A DNA stretch of 31,228 nucleotides, from positions 1 to 31,228 of IMG/VR virus record IMGVR_UViG_3300036779_000274; one strand, given 5' to 3'. This DNA is from a virus (Duplodnaviria; Caudoviricetes). The first letter of the stretch is position 1. Each line of letters begins with the position of its first letter. This document shows positions 26,436 through 31,228 of the stretch, one piece after another. Below the pieces are notes generated by a model. That model did no database searches and was not told the DNA's origin. It worked only from the letters and a program-made list of their open reading frames with translations. The translations under genes and the position numbers were made by a program.

Positions 26436-26628
26436 TTTCCATCTCCCTTTGCCTGTTTTCTTCCATCAACCAGCAGACAGGATCTGCCGCGAGGTTCACC
26501 GCCATTTCCACCAGCGTTTTTATCTCATCGGAGTCGATCACATCTGCTGACACCGCCAGTGATGACAGCAAGGCATTCAGTTGAAGCGCCTTGTCTTTTG
26601 CCAGCTTCAGTGTGGTTTCATGCGACAT
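26419..26628 (-). CDS. Hypothetical protein (69 aa)
   Basis: ATG 26628 with GGAGG SD; 'KALQLNALL'. Confidence 0.7.
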   Translation of the reverse strand: MSHETTLKLAKDKALQLNALLSSLAVSADVIDSDEIKTLVEMAVNLAADPVCWLMEENRQREMENAQAS

Positions 26629-26839
26629 TGGCAGCCTCCGCTTCTGGATGTTGCGGCGAAACATGCCATCCGGCGCGTTGCGCCAGTTCCACGAAGGACT
26701 CCACCGAACAGCAGAAATGATGCGCGGGGATCGGCAGGTTCGAAGTGATAACGCCGTTCTCGACATACAGCATCACTCGGCCAGTAGTGCCAGGATAGAT
26801 GCCGAGCAGGGTCAGCATTTCAGGGGGAATGTTATGCAT
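26618..26839 (-). CDS. Hypothetical protein (73 aa)
   Basis: ATG 26839 with GGAGG SD; 'TGRV.LYVENG.I'. Confidence 0.7.
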   Translation of the reverse strand: MHNIPPEMLTLLGIYPGTTGRVMLYVENGVITSNLPIPAHHFCCSVESFVELAQRAGWHVSPQHPEAEAANVA

Positions 26840-27278
26840 GCGCCTCCTCCAACGGGGTAAACTCTCGAATAAACGCATCAAGCGGGTAGTTGTGGCTGGC
26901 CTCTGGGTGCTGGTCGTAGGAGAAAACTACTCGTCCGGGGGTAACCTCTTTGATAACCACCAGATTTCCACTGCTGGTTTCCATGTAACGACTACCTACA
27001 GCGGACAGTGGCTCTTCGCCAAGCCCTTCATTCAAGCGCTGCTCGTAAACCCACATAAAGCCGTCATCAGTGGAGAAGATTTGCAGGCGACAAGGTGCTT
27101 CCGTGCGAATCTGTGCGGCAAAGGTCAGCGTCCAACCAAGGAATTTTGCGCGAGCATCGGCCTCGGTATTCGCTTCTGCACGCAGTACGGTCGGTGCGGA
27201 ATCAGGAAATTCGTTGGGGGTGCCCAAGAACAGGTATACAAATTTAGGGCGAGTTTGGGTATCATGTGAACATGCCAT
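26832..27278 (-). CDS. Host cell division inhibitor Icd-like protein with an extra C-terminal domain (DUF4222-like)
   Basis: 'TQTRPKFVYLFL', 'A.TEADAR', 'L.FAAQI'; ATG 27278 preceded by a hairpin and TAACCACAACGT. Confidence 0.75.
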   Translation of the reverse strand: MACSHDTQTRPKFVYLFLGTPNEFPDSAPTVLRAEANTEADARAKFLGWTLTFAAQIRTEAPCRLQIFSTDDGFMWVYEQRLNEGLGEEPLSAVGSRYMETSSGNLVVIKEVTPGRVVFSYDQHPEASHNYPLDAFIREFTPLEEAHA

Positions 27279-27307
27279 AATGTAAGTCTCAGTTACGTTG
27301 TGGTTAG

Positions 27308-27341
27308 AGGCTCCAGGCGGACTGCAATCCACTGGAGCTTC
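27308..27341 (-). promoter_or_regulatory. Leader hairpin upstream of the icd-like gene
   Basis: Minus strand GAAGCTCCAG-TGGA-TTGCAG-TCCG-C-CTGGAGCCTC. Confidence 0.6.
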
Positions 27342-27369
27342 GCTATTTTTGAATGCTGCAACATCCAAC

Positions 27370-27447
27370 TGGCACCCACTATATACACCAAGTGGCACCC
27401 ACTTCAATCCTTTTTCGAAATTATTTTTCGTGTATACTGGCACCCAC
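27370..27447. promoter_or_regulatory. Three direct repeats TGGCACCCAC across divergent promoters (putative RHH operators)
   Basis: Exact 10-mers at 27370, 27393 and 27438; minus-strand TTGAAG-18-TATAGT and plus-strand TATACT overlap them. Confidence 0.7.
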
Positions 27448-27468
27448 CAAAAAACACGGAGACCAGTA

Positions 27469-27654
27469 ATGTCGCCAAATAACATAAACAACAAATCACA
27501 AAAGATGAGCGCTCGCGTTCCGCACGAAGTAGCAGAAGCAGTTGAGTTAGTCAAAGATGAAGGCGAAAGCACTGCCCAGTTCATCGTTACCGCCATGGAA
27601 GGCGAGATCAAACGCCGGCAGCGCAAGAAAGCCAAGGAATCGTCAGAGGGCTGA
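27469..27654 (+). CDS. YlcI/YnfO-family ribbon-helix-helix regulator (61 aa)
   Basis: 'NNKSQKMSARVPHEV...VE.VK..GESTAQFIVTAM.GEIKRRQRK'; ATG 27469 with GGAG SD. Confidence 0.85.
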   Translation: MSPNNINNKSQKMSARVPHEVAEAVELVKDEGESTAQFIVTAMEGEIKRRQRKKAKESSEG

Positions 27655-27763
27655 CCTACACTTTTCATGCAGATTGAGATATCACCTACGAAATTTTCGT
27701 AGTGCCGATCCTGCCACTCTGCAATATACTGACAGTGCTTCTGATTGAGAAAGCAGTCGTCCC

Positions 27764-27797
27764 AAAGGGCAGCATTTGCGGTGCTGCCTTTTTCTTT
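27764..27797 (+). terminator. Putative intrinsic terminator for the RHH transcript
   Basis: GGCAGCA-TTTGCGG-TGCTGCC followed by TTTTTCTTT. Confidence 0.65.
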
Positions 27798-27811
27798 CCA
27801 AGTATTGGCCA

Positions 27812-28459
27812 TCATTTGCACGCCTCCCCATCAGCGAACTCAAGCCCCAGCGTGAAAAAGATGAATTGCTTTGCGGCCCGATCTGCATTCTCGATCGCCT
27901 TCTTCTCTTTTTTGCGACGGTGCATTTTCTGGCTGCCCTTCGTGCCGTTCTCACGCTTCGAATATTCCTCGGCCTTAACGAGAAAATCGGTGATCTGCTT
28001 TACTGACAAATCCTTCAATGAGGCGAAACTGAGATTTACCAGATCCAATGCCTGCGGCTGGGTTTCTTGCTCGGCAAGATCCAGCAGCCAGATACGCAAT
28101 TCCTTGGCGACCTTGGTGCGCGACAGCATACCGATCAGGTGGGCACCGCGAAGAGAGAACAAACGAATCTGAACATACTCTAACTCTCTGTTTTTATTGC
28201 TTACCGTCACTTTGGACAGTGTGGTCATACTTTCAGTGAACTCTTCCTTATGGCGCTGGAAAATCTTGTTCACCTGCTTCACATCCGCATACCCGAGCAG
28301 CTTGGCCAGTTGCTCTGCCGTGAACCATACTTTCCCGTCGCCATTGTCGAACGGAATTACCACCTGGTCGTGAAATTTTAACTCCGAGATATTGGCGCCG
28401 GCGGTGAATTCGGGGTGAGTTTGGCCCTGACCAAAAATGGCCACTTCTTTCAGTTTCAT
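27812..28459 (-). CDS. Bro-N domain antirepressor-family protein (215 aa)
   Basis: 'L.FH......DGKVWFTAEQLAKLLGY....V..IF.RH..EF...MT', 'RLFSLRGAHLIGMLSRTKVAKE.R.W.LD'; start re-called at ATG 28459 (AGGA SD). Confidence 0.85.
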   Translation of the reverse strand: MKLKEVAIFGQGQTHPEFTAGANISELKFHDQVVIPFDNGDGKVWFTAEQLAKLLGYADVKQVNKIFQRHKEEFTESMTTLSKVTVSNKNRELEYVQIRLFSLRGAHLIGMLSRTKVAKELRIWLLDLAEQETQPQALDLVNLSFASLKDLSVKQITDFLVKAEEYSKRENGTKGSQKMHRRKKEKKAIENADRAAKQFIFFTLGLEFADGEACK

Positions 28460-28472
28460 TGAATATTCCTTA

Positions 28473-28757
28473 TTAAGCGGAGCGGCGGTTATAAGGGGTA
28501 TTAACGTTAGTAACGGCTGGTGGATTTCGGACCCACCACAACACATCGCTGAGAAGCCAGGCACAGGAATTACGGCCAAAATGGCAGCGGGCCGGGAACT
28601 TACCTTCATTCTCGAACTGCCAGCGGGTGGTGCGGGATAGGCTGGTAATATCCAAACACTCACGCTCACGGATGCGTTTATCGTAGGTGAACCCATACTC
28701 TGCAAGAATGCCACGGCGTTGTTCAGGGGTGGGTGGTGTAAAGATGGTATCTGACAT
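28473..28757 (-). CDS. alpA: AlpA-family regulator / recombination directionality factor
   Basis: 'IRE.EC..IT.LSRTTRW..E..GKFP.R...G.NS.AWLLSDV..W'; AGGAG SD. Confidence 0.9.
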   Translation of the reverse strand: MSDTIFTPPTPEQRRGILAEYGFTYDKRIRERECLDITSLSRTTRWQFENEGKFPARCHFGRNSCAWLLSDVLWWVRNPPAVTNVNTPYNRRSA

Positions 28758-28805
28758 GCTGTCTCCTTTTGTTTGGAAGCTATGGAGGACAGTGTAGCGT
28801 TAAAA

Positions 28806-28825
28806 TACTGGATGAAAATACAGTT
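28806..28825. promoter_or_regulatory. LexA (SOS) box upstream of alpA
   Basis: TACTGGATGAAAATACAGTT = CTG-N10-CAG with an AT-rich spacer, about 50 bp upstream of the alpA start. Confidence 0.75.
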
Positions 28826-28846
28826 GTAAGATTAACTGTTGTGCGA

Positions 28847-28898
28847 GTAACCATACAAAAGCATGAGTAAGGCTTACTGATACCTTTGTATGGCTTAC
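28847..28898. repeat. 52-bp imperfect palindrome upstream of the LexA box
   Basis: GTAA-CCATACAAAAGCATGAGTAAG / G / CTTACTGATACCTTTGTATGGCTTAC. Confidence 0.85.
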
Positions 28899-28904
28899 AA
28901 CGTG

Positions 28905-29912
28905 TTAGGTCTTTCTTTCGCCTGGTGATTTATGTGCATTGCTCAATATTTCAGCTATCTTTGCTTCCGTTTTAATAGGAGAGTTTTGATTAATGAAAAA
29001 ATTTGGTCGGTTGATTAATTCTCTAGCCCACGCTGAAAAATTAATATCTCCATTTGGTTTTCTACAGCACTCTTCAAAAACATTATTTTGCTGTTCTCTA
29101 AGGCGTAGAGCCGCCATTAATACTTGCTCTCTATTTCCAGCATGGCGTTCTGCACTGTGATGAATACTATCACCGTGCTTAAAGTTAATTTTACTATCAT
29201 CAGAAACACCACTATCACAGTGTTCTAAATTAAAATAGTCTCCGTTAAAATCAATCAATCGACGAACGGTATTCGCTGTTATCCATAGATCACTTTCTGT
29301 TAACTCAAATTTTTCATATATTTCTTCATAATTATCATCACCTTCGTTATTGTCATCATCCTTCTCGCTATCACGTTCTACAGCCTCATTTTTTGTAAGA
29401 GGAAATAACACCCCATCTGGACTATTTTCATTGGTTTTATAAAAACCTAACGCCTGCCCGCCGGTATAGACTTTCCCATCACTTAGGATAGAATTGATAG
29501 TTCGCGAAGGTGGTATCCAAAGGCCGTATGCTCTTCCTCTATGGCTATGTGACCAATTTTCATCAAATGAGTCATCACCATATCTCGCTTTATAAAAAAG
29601 CGGATGAAAAACCGGCTCTAAATTATCATTGCTGGACATGTTATCAATTGAAAAAGATGTATATGTTGAAATATTTCTCGCGCGGGCTAATACTGAATTG
29701 TCATAACTAAGAGAAAGATACCATTCCTCTAAATCGTTAACATTTCCACCAAGAGACAGTATGGAATCCAGCCCATTCAGCCTTACGCATAAACTTATTT
29801 TCTCTGCGACTGCCAAACTCAAAAGGTCAGAAGTATGCATATTCAAAAACTCGGCAGCTCTTTTAATACGGCAGAATGAAAATGGTATTTTTAAATCAGC
29901 ATTAGCCATCAT
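28905..29912 (-). CDS. Low-GC hypothetical protein (335 aa) between int and alpA; possible N-terminal DNA-binding domain
   Basis: 'FCRIKRAAEFL....DLLSLA...KISLC..L', acidic linker, C-terminal 'ERHAGNREQVLMAAL'; GAGGTG SD. Confidence 0.8.
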   Translation of the reverse strand: MMANADLKIPFSFCRIKRAAEFLNMHTSDLLSLAVAEKISLCVRLNGLDSILSLGGNVNDLEEWYLSLSYDNSVLARARNISTYTSFSIDNMSSNDNLEPVFHPLFYKARYGDDSFDENWSHSHRGRAYGLWIPPSRTINSILSDGKVYTGGQALGFYKTNENSPDGVLFPLTKNEAVERDSEKDDDNNEGDDNYEEIYEKFELTESDLWITANTVRRLIDFNGDYFNLEHCDSGVSDDSKINFKHGDSIHHSAERHAGNREQVLMAALRLREQQNNVFEECCRKPNGDINFSAWARELINRPNFFINQNSPIKTEAKIAEILSNAHKSPGERKT

Positions 29913-29998
29913 GTCACCTCAAAACCCTATAATATTAACAAAGACAGGTGGGTAGGGGTCCCGTCTGCCTGTTGGCAACCCCTAGTCTCATGAGTATC

Positions 29999-31228
29999 TT
30001 AAGCCGATTTACTCCCAGGGAGCAAAACAACATTTTCGTGATTGTCGGCGAGCAGATCCAACCGCTCTAGCCAACGATTCAACGCATCCAGTTTTTCGGG
30101 CAAATACTGACTGCGGTTGTAAACTGCCATTACGCCGCCCAGCGTGTGGCCAAGTAGTAGCTCGACAATGTGAGGCGCAATTCCGAGATCGCTCATTCCT
30201 GTGGAGAAACTCCGGCGCAGATCGTGAAGCCGCCAGTGTTCAGAATGCCCCAGACGCTGGCACATTTTGCGCCCTGTCTGACTCACTGCCGAATCGGTTT
30301 TAATCTCCCCCAGCAACAGCCCCGACTTTTTGTTTTGCTGCTTTAGCTGCTCGATAACCGGGCATAGACGGTCAGGAATAGGTCTGATGATCTTATCGCC
30401 GTTTTTGCTGTGTGCTTCTGGCACGGTCCATAGCTTATCTCGCAAGTCCCATTCCTTCAGTTCCGAAAGCCTGATTTCACCAGTGCGGGCGCCAAACGAA
30501 ATCAGCAGCGATACCAGACTGGTGTAGTACGGTGAAAATGAATCGTTTTTTAAGGCGACCAGCAGATCAGTCAGTTCCCTACTCGTCAAGACTCTTTTCC
30601 GCTTGCTGGTTTTAACTCCAATATCCTGCATCGTCAGCCCGTCGAGGACGTGACAAACAGCATAACGGCGTATGCGGCAAAACTTGAAGGCTTGCTGACC
30701 CATCTGTAAAACCATCCCAGCGACGCTAGGAGCGTTTTTCTTTGTTCTGGCCAGGCAGGTAAGCCAATGATGAGTTTCACAGTCAGAGAGCGCCATATCG
30801 CCAATATGGGGGTATATATGATTAGTAAACCGCTCACGGTACCTTACGTCGTTCACTAAGTTTCCATCAACGTGCTCTGTTAGCCAGTATTCGAGGGCTT
30901 CTTTCACTGTCACCGGCTTTAGCGTTTCTTCCCTGCCGAGTTTGAACATACGTTGGGGATCACGCCCTTCTGCAAGCCAGGCACGACACTGGTCACGTTT
31001 CTCTCTGGCTTTAGCAAGGGTGAGATCAGGGTATTTCCCCAAAGCGAGCATCAAAGCAGGAGTATCACGCCCGCCAAGGCGATATTTGTAGAACCAACTG
31101 ATAGAGCCGGCCTTAGTGACCCGCACCATTAACCCTGCCCCATCAGAGATCTTGGACTCTCGTTCGCTCTGTCTACCCAGTAGGGCCCTGAGCTTCTTGT
31201 CCGTTAGCTTGTTCATTCCATAAGCCAT
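29999..31228 (-). CDS. int: Tyrosine integrase, P4-like, with N-terminal arm-binding domain
   Basis: 'SDGAGL.VRV...G..SW...YR', 'LGKYP..TLA.AR'; catalytic R (GARTGE), K (SKNG), HDLRR, LLGH, Y (VYNR). Confidence 0.96.
   Translation of the reverse strand: MAYGMNKLTDKKLRALLGRQSERESKISDGAGLMVRVTKAGSISWFYKYRLGGRDTPALMLALGKYPDLTLAKAREKRDQCRAWLAEGRDPQRMFKLGREETLKPVTVKEALEYWLTEHVDGNLVNDVRYRERFTNHIYPHIGDMALSDCETHHWLTCLARTKKNAPSVAGMVLQMGQQAFKFCRIRRYAVCHVLDGLTMQDIGVKTSKRKRVLTSRELTDLLVALKNDSFSPYYTSLVSLLISFGARTGEIRLSELKEWDLRDKLWTVPEAHSKNGDKIIRPIPDRLCPVIEQLKQQNKKSGLLLGEIKTDSAVSQTGRKMCQRLGHSEHWRLHDLRRSFSTGMSDLGIAPHIVELLLGHTLGGVMAVYNRSQYLPEKLDALNRWLERLDLLADNHENVVLLPGSKSA

Noticed and set aside
27719-27735. 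Second LexA box (CTGCAATATACTGACAG)
   Set aside because: The spacer between CTG and CAG is 11 nt, not 10.
28460-28714. N-terminal extension of the Bro-N ORF in the ORF track
   Set aside because: It overlaps alpA in another frame; the SD and domain start support ATG 28459.

Overview
This window is most of one integrated temperate phage-like element of Enterobacterales type, almost all on the minus strand. It runs from an integrase at the right edge to lambda-like tail gene I at the left edge; the att sites, gene J and tail fibres lie outside the window. The element is a chimera. The ~11 kb early arm (20363-31228) has the layout of a P4/PICI-type satellite: P4-like integrase, low-GC hypothetical gene, alpA, Bro-N, divergent YlcI/YnfO-type RHH gene, icd-like gene, small ORFs, ORF6N, DUF927 ATPase, ssb and an HTH protein. 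I see no cI/cro/N/cII, Red or O/P genes. This arm joins directly to a lambdoid late arm: Q, pR'/tR', three tRNA(-like) genes, holin-endolysin-spanins, morons, HNH, cos, terS/terL, an HK97-type head and a long non-contractile tail. A good LexA box and a 52-bp palindrome lie just upstream of alpA, suggesting a repressor-less, host-SOS-controlled satellite that makes its own virion (inference). Other notable signals: an 11x9-bp array, an eta-like read-through ORF, triple operator repeats, two degenerate tRNAs, a switch-like late-leader RNA, Fur-box-like repeats next to cos, and a frameshift-appended Ig domain on the tail tube. Family assignments come from motif recognition and gene order, not database searches.
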